This document shows positions 27,719 through 46,815 of a DNA stretch of 64,000 bases, piece by piece (within the stretch, counting starts at the first letter, position 1; the number at the start of each line of letters is the position of its first letter). Made by a program: the position numbers and the translations under genes. The stretch is from Auanema rhodensis (taxonomy: Eukaryota; Animalia; Nematoda), in assembly GCA_964057225.1 (NCBI GenBank), contig OZ059899.1, positions 7,688,001 to 7,752,000 of the forward strand, written 5' to 3'. The notes under the pieces are model-generated. The model was given only the letters and a program-made list of their open reading frames with translations, did not search any database and was not told the DNA's origin.

Positions 27719-30584
27719 TTATTGGATAGAACAGACTTTTGAATTTTTAACTTCAGAGGTCTTTCGGCGACGTGGACTTTCATCACGGTCAAATGTTCCA
27801 GATATAGTTGAATAATCTGGAGAAACTTGGGTTTGTGGAGCAACTTTGGTATCTCGAGATTTGCCTCTTCTTACCAAACGGCCAGGAATGAGAGATCGAG
27901 ATCTAAAATTTTAAAAAAACTGTTTTTTCAAATCTAATAATTGAATAGAATACCTTGTTCGAACTTTAGTTTTAGAAGCTATTACTAAATCTTTTAATAA
28001 CGAATCAGCATCTTTATATGTTGATGAGGCAATTTGTATAAATGTGCACCGTTCTCCTAATTCCGTGGCAAACTGTCGTCCCTGAATAGAATAAAAATTA
28101 TTATTATCTCTCATTTTATGTTTTGATTGCTTTGTGATGAATATTTTAGAAATTTCAAAAATTTTACATATTTTACTTACCATGTCAATAGCAATTGAGC
28201 CATCATCTGATTGCTTTCTGATTATTTCCATCGATCTTCTTCTTCGAAGTCCAGGTTCATGATCAGGATCGGACTCATAACCTGGAATTAATAATATTAA
28301 TTATAATTTTCAATTATTATAAGTGTTACCTTCAGATTGTGAACTAATACCAGTGGAACTATCTTCCTCATCATAGTCTGCTACATCATCTATGTCACAT
28401 ATTAATCGAACAGGCATCTATAATAAATATAAATAAACAATTGTTTTCTCAACAATTATAAATAAAATTCAAAATATATCAGTTATTTATATTTACATTT
28501 AAAATTTCTCGTAACTTCTTCTTATAAGAAAAAGAAAATTTCACGTGTAAAGGCCAGATAACTTATCAATAGGCGCACACAATCACGTTAGTCATGATAC
28601 CAGTAACAAAACAGAGAAGTTGATTGACTTATCCTTTAGAATAGAAATAGAATTTTTAAATTTTTTGTCTTGTGATATATGTATATATCATAAGACAAAA
28701 ACAAATCAATTAAAATGATTACAAATGAAAATGAATATTATTCATTATTAGATTGACTATTTCCAAAAAAAAAACTGTTTGGATGATTTTACTGTGAAAA
28801 CTTCTAATTGTATTTATCTTTCGTCTATTTAACAAAACTTATAAACATCTGATTTCGTTGTTTGTTAGAAGGGACAGTTCTGACAGTACCTGCCCTGAAA
28901 AAAAAACTTTCTCCTCATGGCATGGTTGAGTAAATACAATTCTCAGATAATATGGGTTATTTCCACTATACCTCTTTTCTCTTTTTCTCTCTTAGTCGAT
29001 TCACTACATAATCCCATCGCTTTTTTTCTAAAAATTTGAAATTCTGTTAATACTTCATACTTTTCCTTCAAAAATTCAAAGATCTCTTGTCATCGTTTCA
29101 ACATGTAGCAGCTTGTCAAACAACTTTCTTCTCTTTACCTTCAGTCAGTTTATAGTATGTGTCGAAACCTTGTACAATACACAAACACTTTTGAATAAAA
29201 AGTAAGGTATTGATTTGCAGAAACTACAAACTGATGATATTTCTTGTAGATAGAATGATTTTTTAATTTTGATTGAATAGAGAGAAGAAGTTCATTGAAA
29301 TGAAACTACGTGGTTTGTTTGGTTTTAACAAAGCTCACAAGTACATTGTGTGTTTTATGTAAAGGTTCACTTGGACATTTCTATTCTGCTCAAAATGGAC
29401 TCCCGATTTTGTCCGTCTTTCATCTCTGCTGATGTTCAAATCAGAATAGGCTTCTATTTCTTGGATGTTTGCCCAGAACGAAAAATCAAATGTCAATATG
29501 ACCCGTGAAGAAGTCAGAACGTGTCTGTCTGTGCAGCTTGGAAACCCTCAGGCTACTGTGCATGAAGATTTTTTTCTCTTCACTTATTTATAATCAAACA
29601 GTCTAATGGAATCTGAGAAACGTTCGTGATAATAAAACTTAATAGCGATTCCATTTTTCACAGAAAAATTCACATTGAAAGCTGTAATGGAATTCGAAAT
29701 AGAATTACAGATTTACTTTCACTTATCGTTCACAGTACATATTCAAGTTGCCGTGCACAATACTATGTATTCAATACAATATGATGTTCAATGTTTCGCT
29801 TCAGAACATTTATCAAAAACAAATTTTTTCTAAGTCCATTCAAATTCTCAAACTTTTTTTGCCGGAACAGACAGTTTCTGCAGATTAAATGCAGACAATA
29901 ATCGTCTTTGCAGAGAAAAGAACTGTAATTTTTGTTCTGTTTGAACCACAATCTAACTTTAAACGTGGATGAATGTACTTTAAAATGTTCTCTTCGTTGT
30001 TTGCTTCGATTGCTCTAACTGAACGTACTACGCGAATCAAAAGGTTCATACGATATAGTTCTTATAATAGATTATAGATTAAAATAGAAAAAAATTAAGA
30101 ATCATAGAAGATTCTATTTAATAACCTGTCAAAGAAGTAAACTCACATTTTTTTTCCGATCAAAATCATCTTTTAAAGAGTGTAACTGAGTCATTGTTGA
30201 TAACCGTGGAGCAGAATAATATAGTATAGCAATGTCCGCCTTCTTAATCGCCATTTCTCGCCCACCAGTTCGTGCCTAAACATCCCGTAAATATCTAGTA
30301 CGATTATAGAAAACAAAAAATTGACTTGAAAGTGGTGAGACTTACCATTCCTGGGTCCGTCATTTCGATTATATGGTTTTGCTCTCCGATTCGAACAGTT
30401 AAGTAATGAACATCAGAGTAATGAACATGTCTTTCATATTTGTCTGCAGCTTCACGAAGTTTATCAAACTTGAAAAGAAAACATTAAACACGAATGTGAT
30501 AACAATATTTACCAGAACATTTTTCTGAGATGCACCTAGAAGAACAAAACTCAGTTCACCGTGTACGTCTTCATCAGATCCCAT
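27719..30584 (-). CDS. Atypical Ras-superfamily-like protein (probable pseudo-GTPase) with C-terminal CaaX
   Basis: Seven exons splice in frame: MGSDEDVHGELSFVLLGASQKNVL/FDKL...LTVRIGEQNHIIEMTDPGM/ARTGGREMAIKKADIAILYYS.../MPVRLICDID.../GRQFATELGERCTFIQIAS.../...KNSKVCSIQ*. Element order follows the Ras fold; one ~1.7 kb intron. Confidence 0.7.
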
Positions 30585-33500
30585 TTTATGTTTATTTTTC
30601 CAAAAACAGAGTTATAAAGCTCTTTAAATTGAATATGAAATGACGTGATGTGATGTGCAGCTAAAAGAAAAACAGACTGTAAAACGTTGAAGAGATCAAG
30701 AATTCTATCATACAGTGGACAAATGAAAACGGTATGAATACGATTTAAAGAGACAGGTGAACGCAGAATGTTTAGAAAGAGTATTGAAGATAAAGAGAGA
30801 AATAGTTTAAGGAACTCAGACGAAGCGACTTAAAGACAGCCGAAAAGCACAAAGTTCGATGAAAAAACTGTGGTAGATTGCAAGAGAGACGACCAAGTGT
30901 ATCAAGCCCAGCACAGATGTGGAAAAACGGGGAAACTACAAACATCAGAAGAAGACAGATGCGTGGTGAGGAGAGAGGAAAAGAGATCAGGAGTACACGT
31001 GAAGAATAAATATTGCTAAGGTAAAAAGAAAAGAGAAAAGAAGTTTATAAACGAACTGCTTCATCGAGGGATAAGTGAATTGTAGAGACTGTAGAAAATG
31101 GGAAATGAAGAGAAAAAGAATGAAAAAAAGCAAAAACTCAATGTCTATTCGAGAAAATCCGCATACTATTGAAGAGTTTGTTGTCTTACGTGATTTACAA
31201 GAAGAAGAGAATAGGCCTTGAGTTTGGTCAGCTGACAAGAGATTTGAGGATGAACGAGAATCCTGAAGCCTTTCCATGTATTAACACGCAGCGGTGTCAA
31301 ATGAAGTTTGAGCAGCAGGATGTGGAATGCAAAGTTGTCGATGAAGGCGGAGCTTGTGTGGGAACAGTTGTAATTTGAAAAAAATTGAGGAAAATTGAGA
31401 AAAAAATCAAGGGTAACTGATTACTTCAGTTGTACAAAGATAATATTATATATCAGAGTTAAATATATCATAGTATATGAGTTGATAAGATTCTTAACTG
31501 AATGCAATGACTAAGAATTTTATCGAAACCTTCGCATACAAAAAAAAGGTTTGTGGTGATTTTTAATGAAAAAAAAACGTGTTGAATAACTATTTGGGCT
31601 AATCCAGTGGAGCACTATTCAGAATGAAAAAAAAAGTGTTACGAGTTATTATGGCTTCGAAAAACAGAATAATTTGCGATAAGAATACTAAAATATAACG
31701 GAAAAAATCAGATAAATAGATTTATTATTGGTAGAGAATATATTATCTATCATGTTAGCAAAAAAAAGATATTGCAAATAGATTTCTCTTACCTGTGTTT
31801 ATTATTATTTTTCAAAGAAATTGTGAATTAAACTAAAAATAATAAATGTTGTAAAACTTCTACAAAACTTATTTTTTAATAAAATGAATTTGATAGAGTA
31901 TAATAATCAAATATAATCATTCGTTCTTTGAGCATTTGAGTATTTGAAATTTAAAAATAAATGAAATTTTCATTTTGTATAACACGTGAAAATCGTGATA
32001 ATCCACGTAAGTGAATTTAATGAGAATATTCCAATGAGAAGTAATTTGATGATATTAGTCTGCGTATTGTGTTCATATTTTTCATATTGTTAACGAATTT
32101 TCAATTAAGTTACGGGAAACTATTCAATTCTTCCAAATATTTCAGATTAGATCCTATTGATAGAAGGGAAATTACTAAGTTTGCAAGGCTTGGTTGTCGC
32201 CTATTAGTTCAAACAGATAAGCATGTCATCACAGTCAATTCTCCGGAAGAAATTTGATAAGGCTTCCCAACCTAAACAGTTCATCTCATTTTCGATCATA
32301 CACAATAGAACGAAAAGGTGTATTTTGAATAAATTGACGAAAGCGTATGGCAAATCATAGAAATATAACTGATCATCGCTGCATCAACATGGCTTACCAC
32401 GATGTCATATTTCTCTCTGTATGATCATTTCTTTCTATTCTCCTTTGCAACTGACTCTTCTTCATGCATTCATGTTAGAAATGACTTATATGTATGAATT
32501 CGATGCGTAACTATACAAACATCAAAAAAATATTTTAAGAAGAAGATATGACAAGATTAAGCAGTTTTATACTGATTCATTCAAATTTATCCGCAAATGA
32601 TTCATAACTAATAAGAAGTTGTAACTTTTTACGATTATAAGTTTGAATACTATGAATAATTAGGGTAGAACTGAAGAAGTTAAATTAGAAAAGTCTAAAA
32701 ATATAAAATAATATATAAATATAATATACTAATATGAATAATGAATAGCATATTTACGTTATATTTCGAAAAAAGCTACTTGCCATGTGAAATGTGATAA
32801 AAACAGGTAAAAATATTGACTGTTGGTCAACAATCGTAGCTATTTCCGCAATATTAGTATGTCAAGTAAGAAAGTGAAAGCTTTAACAGACAGATAGGCA
32901 AGAGATCGAGTACTATTCTAGTTATCAGTAGTAGGCAGAAGCTAGAAAAGGCGGAGCTGTCGTCGACGTCTGTCTTACTCTCCCTCTCCTTCTCTTGGCC
33001 GTTTGGTTGAGTAGTTACATATAGAAAACCATGAGAGGAGGAGCCTGCAGCTTTCTTTCTGTTTGTGGGAGTAAGAGAACTCATGAAACATCGGCCTGTT
33101 TTGACCAAATATGATTTCATTATTTAAATATCAATAATAGTTTCATTTATGTTAGCTTTTATCTCTTTCAAATCACATGCTTATGATTCCAAAAGATAAG
33201 ATTCTAAATTATATTTTCTCATAAACTGAAATAGCAATTATTTTTGAAGGGTCATTCAAATTCTAAAAATGGAATAATCATGAAAATGTAATCAAATAAA
33301 AGCAGATATTTGGCTCAAATATGCACAAAACTGAAAACTTAAGAAAATGCAGGAAAGTTTATGAGAAACCCACATTAAACACATGTGAATCTCATTATTT
33401 TTTAATTCAACCCTTCAAGCAATATACATACATACATACATAATTATTAAAACTAGTCTGATTTTGTGGAATTTATTGAAAATTCAAAAGTTTATTGAAG

Positions 33501-34903
33501 ATATCATCTAGCTAACTCTTGTTTTTATATTATGACATCAGAAACAGCAGAAAAAAGAATAATGATCATACATTATTGACTAGTATACATATATAGTTTA
33601 TATTATATAGTATATAATATGTACTATTTATATTAAATCATAATATGAATTGCAGTAATATTAATTTTATTAATTTTTTTCCGAAAACAATGTTAAAACA
33701 GTGTGTAGTTTAAAAAATCAAAGATACGTAGGGTCAATCCTGGGGAAGGAAAAACGAATTATCATGACGAGTATTTCTGATAAGAATATTAATTTTTCAT
33801 TCTTGTGGTAAGAAGTAATAGAAAAGAATACTAGCTTGTAGTTTATGAATAACATACAAACCTTTCTTGAACAAAAATGATTTATTTCTTCCGTTGAACT
33901 TGGATAAACAAACTAGTTTTAGAGAAAAAGAAACAGATATGAATTTTACATAAAGATTTCCAGAACAAAATTTTCAAATATTTATCTCAAAATCACAAGT
34001 TTATATGGATGAGAAGAGATTTTCAGGAGAATTTCACATAGAAAAAGCATAATTTTCATATGCGAATTGATGGATAAGAGCAAGATGGACAATAATGATT
34101 CTGCACAAAACGGATAACTAACTAATCAGGCGTCGTTTGAAAATTGCGTTTTGAATTCAGAACAAATTCAATGTTGATTATAACATTAAAAATGAAATAA
34201 TTTTAAAAAAAATATATACATATATATATTTAAACTTGATCGATATTAAAGAAAAGAAAATTCCATTTAATATATTCATTTCAATAAAAACTGTTCAAAA
34301 ATATAATAAAAATATTAACATAGGATGAAATCATATGGAATAATTTTAATTTTAGCTTTAGATTTAGATTTCGAAACTGATATGCACAGGTGATTGTGAG
34401 GCAGAGTAATGATGAAAATTCATTTCCTTTCTGTTCACAGCCAAAAAAGGAATTTATGCAGTCAATTCGGATTAATAGTTCGGCAAGGTTTCAGAAGCCT
34501 TATTCGGAATTTGTAGATCTTCATATGATGGTGTCATCAATCAGATTTTGTCTGTTCTGTCTGTTTTCAAAAGAACAAATTTAGCTGTTAAGCAAATGAA
34601 TGTTGTTATCTTGCACGTATAACAAATTAATTGTTATAGAAAGTTGAAAAACTTCAAAATGCCAGGAAATGTTCAAAATAAATCACAAAATATGAAAAAG
34701 GCGATTTCAATGTGGCTGAGGCCATATAGGGTCGGATTATTCGGAGTTGTAGGTTGAATCGGATTACAATATTCGGACAAATTCAATACAAAAATAGAAA
34801 GAAAGATGTAGAACTGAAAGCAAAATGAAAAAAAGAGTTCTACTTCTGAAGGTAAATAACTTCAATTTTGAATGCATATCAAAACCCTTTCCCACAAAAT
34901 GAA

Positions 34904-35175
34904 CTACGAGAAAACTATGAGAAAATAATATGAATTTTCAGAATTGAAGCACTAGATTAAAATTTTTGGAGAACATTCCAAAAAAAAATATTTACATTAT
35001 ATTTAGAATTTTGTTTGCATGGAAATAACGATAAACTTCTTGGAAATTCCTGTTCTTTTTTTAACCTATTCAAAAATGCTGAAAGTGTCTCGTTTGTCCC
35101 AGGAAGAGCATAGCAACCAAGAAGAAAAATGAAAGAAACACATAAAAACAAAGCAATCGAGAAACGGCCAAACAT
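34904..35175 (-). CDS. Putative small secreted peptide (~75 aa, 2 exons)
   Basis: Signal peptide MFGRFSIALFLCVSFIFLLGCYA; donor after KYN and a 44-nt intron (34952-34995) give ...PRSLSLFPCKQNSKYNCFNSENSYYFLIVFS*. A second acceptor at 34814 is also possible. Confidence 0.45.
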
Positions 35176-36472
35176 TTGGTCGCTCAGCGACTACCATATT
35201 ACAAGTTGTCGTATTGATAGAATTTGAAAAGAACTGTGAGGTAATTGACAGAAAATTAAATATTTATAAGGTAACACACATAAAAATGCATATTTCATGC
35301 TTCCATAAAGGTTTATTTTTTTGTAATTAAACATATATTAAAAAATTGAAATTCATGTCGAATTTTTAAATCTTCAAGTATTCTAACATCTGTCTAGTCT
35401 ACGATCTCTGTTCCATCTCTTCATGCTCTATACACTCCCTGTCTCTTATTTACATTATATTCACCTTTATGCTCTAAATATTTCCTCTGTCTTTTGTTAC
35501 TATATATGTATATGTAATTCTAAAACTAAATTGACTCTAACTTAAATAAAAACTACAAGAGAGATTGAGATTCTATGATGATATACATTATGAAAAAGAA
35601 CATATCATTTAGCAGCTGAACTAATATCTAATATTTCAAGAATTGAATAAAAACGTAATCACGTTATATGTATATTAGAAAATATATGACATACTCTTTA
35701 ACTACAACTAGTAATTTTCATAAAAGCAAAAACATTCATAATATTGAAAGAGATAGAGAGATAGAGAACATGTGTAATTTTGAAGCTAATATTGTTCTAA
35801 TCTTTTCAGATCAAATTGTTCTTTCTTTTTATATGCAGTTTTAGCCATACAAACGAATATATTATTTATATTTTTATTGCCCTTCGCGATATTTAATACA
35901 ACTTCAGACATGTGATATTCATTTTTTCAATATATAAAACATTATAAAAATTTATATCAAATTTCTAGGTCCATCGAGAATATTTTAGCATCATGATTAT
36001 TTCAATTAAAAAGTGTGAGGGAGGTGAAAAGGAGCACCAAGATCACTTCATCTCAGGTTCCAACTCAAACAAATAATTTGCAATGAACTAGCTGAAGGCT
36101 TATATTGCAAAAAAATCTTTGAACGCAAGTTTTGAAAATAAAACTTTAGGAAGCAGATCATTTTTTTAATTCGAAGAGCATTGTATAATAGCAATGATTA
36201 AAGCGAACAGACTAAAACAGAGTCTTGATCATGAGATTTATTATAAGACGTGGCAAATTTGATCATCACAGATAATAGACATAAGAATATGTAATAATGC
36301 ACATCTACGCCGGAAAATGAATACAAATGCGCAGCGGGATACAAAATTTTTTCAAAATAAGTAGCAGAAATGAAAATGTTTAACACATATATTTATTCCT
36401 CCGTAATTAAGTAAATCGCAAGCTCAAATAAGGAAATTTTAGAAATTAAAAAGCGAAATAAATAAAATAAAT

Positions 36473-37748
36473 TCAATTAGCTGACGCTAAAGTAGCTTGC
36501 TCAATAGCAAATGTATAATAAAAAGCTTCCGTGTCCAGACGCCTAATATCAAAATTAATTTGTGGTAAATCATCTCCCTGAAACAGAACATGAAATACGA
36601 ATTATAGAGTAGTAATTGCCTGTTTTTGTTCTGCAGTCCCAACTGATGGATGTAACTTAAATGGAACACCATCTACACCTTTGGGTTTCACCTGATTTGG
36701 ACTCTTAAAATTATAATTTGATGACATAAAATAAAATTTCACACAAAAAACACATTAAACAAAAAAAGGGAAGGAGGAAAACTAAAAGAAAACTAAAAAG
36801 GATAAGATTTCACTACACACCTTAATTGTAAAAGCATTTACTTTATCAAAATTAGTTGTTGAGCTAGACGTTTGTAAAGCGGGATAGAGTGTATTAGGAG
36901 GAGCAGGAGCACTTCGCGTAGGAAGACTTTGAGCGCTAAAAAGAAAAATATTATAATAAAACAGTGAGCTTAATATACCTGCTGCTATGTTTCAATCCAA
37001 AAGTTTGAGGTATTACCACAACTTTAAAGACAATTAATGCTCCATCAACTTCACTAAAAAGATCAATGAGCTTTTTTCCATTTGTAACTAATAATTTGAA
37101 AAACAACAAATTCACCCTGCACTGCTATAACCTTTTGGAGTTTTTTTCGTTTTTCCAAGCACAGTGATCTAAATCATAATACCATATTAATCTATTGGAA
37201 AAGTTGAGAAAAACCTCTCCAATTGCATCTACAACAGCTTCTCGGGATTCTGACTTTATACATAACACTCTTTTACGAAGAGATTTTTCCCCTAAATAAC
37301 TTTTCAAATTTAAAAACAAAATTAGCACATACTTGAGTCCGCAGTATAATCAATAGCTACATACCCATGCGGTATAGGCTCAGAATCTTTTATTACTGTT
37401 ATATCCGTTATGACCGATACAGCTGTTCCCTGGAAACAATGATCGGTATACATGATCAGTAATGATATATCATACTTTGATTCCACAGTCTGGTAATTCT
37501 TTACTGTAAGCAATATAACGTGTAGGTCTAGCAAATATAGAAAACGAGCTCTCACGCCATAAATCAGCATCCGAGTTGTCATCAGTTGCTTTAGTTATCT
37601 AAAAGCCTTATTATCAAGCTAAATTACATAACAATTCTTACAGCGGTAAAACCTTTTGGGCATTTATTCTTGTCGGCTATGAAGCATAATGCAGTGATAG
37701 GGTTAACAGGGCCATTACTTTCTTCAGACCTGGTTAGTTCCACTGCCA
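36473..37748 (-). CDS. mvb-12: ESCRT-I subunit MVB12 (MABP + UMA domains)
   Basis: PITALCFIADKNKCPKGF, DADLWRESSF, VITDITVIKDSEPIPHGY, EKSLRKRVLCIK, GVDGVPFKLHP and C-terminal YYTFAIEQ. Confidence 0.9.
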
Positions 37749-37759
37749 TAAGTTTACGC

Positions 37760-37906
37760 CTAACACAACAATTAGTCATTGGAATTGAAATAGATGATAA
37801 AAATTGTCAAATAAGTATAGTTGCTAAGCAACCAATCAAAAAATATTGACTGTGTAAAAACAGATACAGCTTAACAACACGTTATACTTTTAAAAAAACA
37901 TTTATT
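37760..37906 (-). other. Putative SL2-type intercistronic region between the F-box gene and mvb-12
   Basis: AATAAA (minus, 37901-37906), then a U-rich stretch, then an acceptor GTTAG at ~37760; spacing ~120-140 nt is typical of nematode operons. Confidence 0.5.
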
Positions 37907-38241
37907 AAGAAAAGAGAATATTTGAATTTGGATAAGAATTTAAATAATATTAACAATGAGAGCAAATAGACTTTAAATCGAGTAAATACATATTAATATT
38001 GTAGTTTATATAAAGCATATAATAACGGTATTAAATTCATAGAAGGGGGAATATATACAATCAATTCTACTGGATAAAACTAACCGACGTTTCTTTTGAC
38101 ATGTCTCAACAATTCCAGGGCCCTAGTAGAGGGAATAAATTTAATTTGTCCATGATATACAAGTGCTGTTAATAAGTAAGCATAGGAATGTAACAGATTT
38201 AGCTTCAAATTGGTTGAAAATAAATATGTACAAAAATGTAG

Positions 38242-39446
38242 TTAAAACCTGAAGTTTCGTAATCTTCGTACAAAGCCAGGAATATTATATCGGCTTGGCA
38301 TGATTTCGGGCTTTGGCTTTGTATCTGGTTCTTTATACTCTTCAGGTGCAAGAAGTCGTGTTTCGTCAGGAAAGGTAATGATGACTTCAGTATTGGCAAA
38401 CTTGGACCCATAATGTCCAGCCCAAAATTGAGTATCTTTTCCAGAAGTTTCCATTGAGAAATGCCTTACACCAGCACAATAGTCAGAAAAAACCATTTTA
38501 GCTTCTTCCCATTCAAATCCACCTAATAGATACAATAATAAGAATAATAAACAATAAATACATACCTTCCCATTGTTCCCAAGATTTTGTAACACTCCTG
38601 CATCGAGATTCTTTTTCTGTTCTCCTATCGAATCTTTCTTCTGGTAATAACAGGTACGAGTGTGTCTTATATATTGCCCCGCAATCGTTTCGGCAACAGC
38701 ACAATTCTTTGACAGTAATATTTGGGCGAATTTCATCTATTATCCAAGGCTGAATTATGAAGGAATGTATAATTTTAAAGAAAACATTAACAAACCTCGA
38801 GACCACATTCTTCTAAATCTAATTCAAAAAATCGCGTACACCAACCATAGCTTGTAGCAAAACAGCATTCGACACGATCATCGCGGAATAAGAAATCGTC
38901 TTCTTTTTCAATCAGCATTCTTAACCCAAACTTATATAAATTATTCAGATCACTTTACATACCCATCACCACCATTATAAACAACAAATGTCATTCGCCT
39001 ATTGCTTTCACACAGATTAGCTAAATGATCCGCTTTCGTGAACTTATACGCAAGATTTCTGTTATAGGGATTCTTATACCACATGATTCGATAATTGAAT
39101 AATTTGTCAGTATCTAAAACACAAATTTAAATATTTCTACTGATGGAATAAACCTTTTAATATAAACTCTCTCCATTTTTTTGGCGGTAGATTAACTCTA
39201 TCTTGTAGGCATTTTTCAAGCCAAAAACCATTCCAAGAAAGCAGTCTATTGAACTCTTTACAAACCTAAACAAAAATAAAATTTACAAGATCTTATATTA
39301 ACCTATACCAGGAAAAGTTTTTTCAAACTGTCGCCATCACATCGTAGGAATATATTGAACCATAATTGCTCTTGAAAAATATACGGATTTTCTTTGAGGT
39401 TATTACAGTCGTCAGTTTTTAGAATTTTTGCTGACGGAGGGGACAT
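38242..39446 (-). CDS. F-box protein with FBA glycan-binding domain (FBXO2/6/44-like)
   Basis: N-terminal F-box (QLWFNIFLRC...LFLVCKEFNRLL...FWLEKC); NPYNRNL, FATSYGWC, RNDCGAIY, GVRHFSMETSGKDTQFWAGHYGSKF. Confidence 0.88.
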
Positions 39447-39813
39447 ACTTATTACAGGACAAGTTATCACGGATTAACAGTATACGAAATCTGAAAATAT
39501 AAATATAAGCGATTCAACATATAACTGAAAATTTGCACGTGATTTTCCAATATTTCTCAATTTTTACGAATTGCAATGAGTCATATCAGACTTTGTTTAT
39601 AAAAGGTCGCTCGCTGTTGAAGCATTGGTATAGATGACCCACACTATTACTATTGGAGCAGATGTTTTGTCAATAGAGCAGTCTCGTCTCAAAGAAGTGG
39701 AAACAGGACGTGTTTATCGCCATACCTTCTGCGTTGCTATCAATCACGAGAATATCGTTATATTTAAACTCTATACCATTACTTTAGTCTTACGTACATA
39801 TTTTTAGATTTAT
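39447..39813. promoter_or_regulatory. Short divergent (bidirectional) promoter between the F-box gene and PEX1
   Basis: Head-to-head ATGs ~370 bp apart; unpaired acceptors TTTCAG (minus, ~39491) and TTTTAG (plus, ~39807) are likely trans-splice sites. Confidence 0.6.
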
Positions 39814-46551
<6,738 letters not shown>

Positions 46552-46815
46552 ATATTCAAATATTTTTATCCAAAATTATATTACATACCATATTTATATG
46601 ATTTAAAAAAAAAGTTTTATTACCTGGCCAACTTATTTTTGTTGCGATATCGTTATTAAGTTATGATGGCCCATCAATTATTTGAATGCGCCATGTGAAT
46701 TTCATGGTTTCAAAGATTTAACGGCCACAACTAGGCTCTTATATCAAACACATAAAACACAATATATTATCAAAACAAGTATAATTAAAAAAAGCTAATA
46801 TATTAACCATTAAAG

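Noticed and set aside
39634-39807. ~57-codon ORF upstream of PEX1
   Set aside because: Lies in the presumed outron, ends at the trans-splice acceptor, and has no recognisable similarity.
46625-46732. Possible H/ACA snoRNA between PEX1 and the NHX gene
   Set aside because: An ACA is present but there is no ANANNA H box and the stems are weak; more likely converging 3' UTRs.
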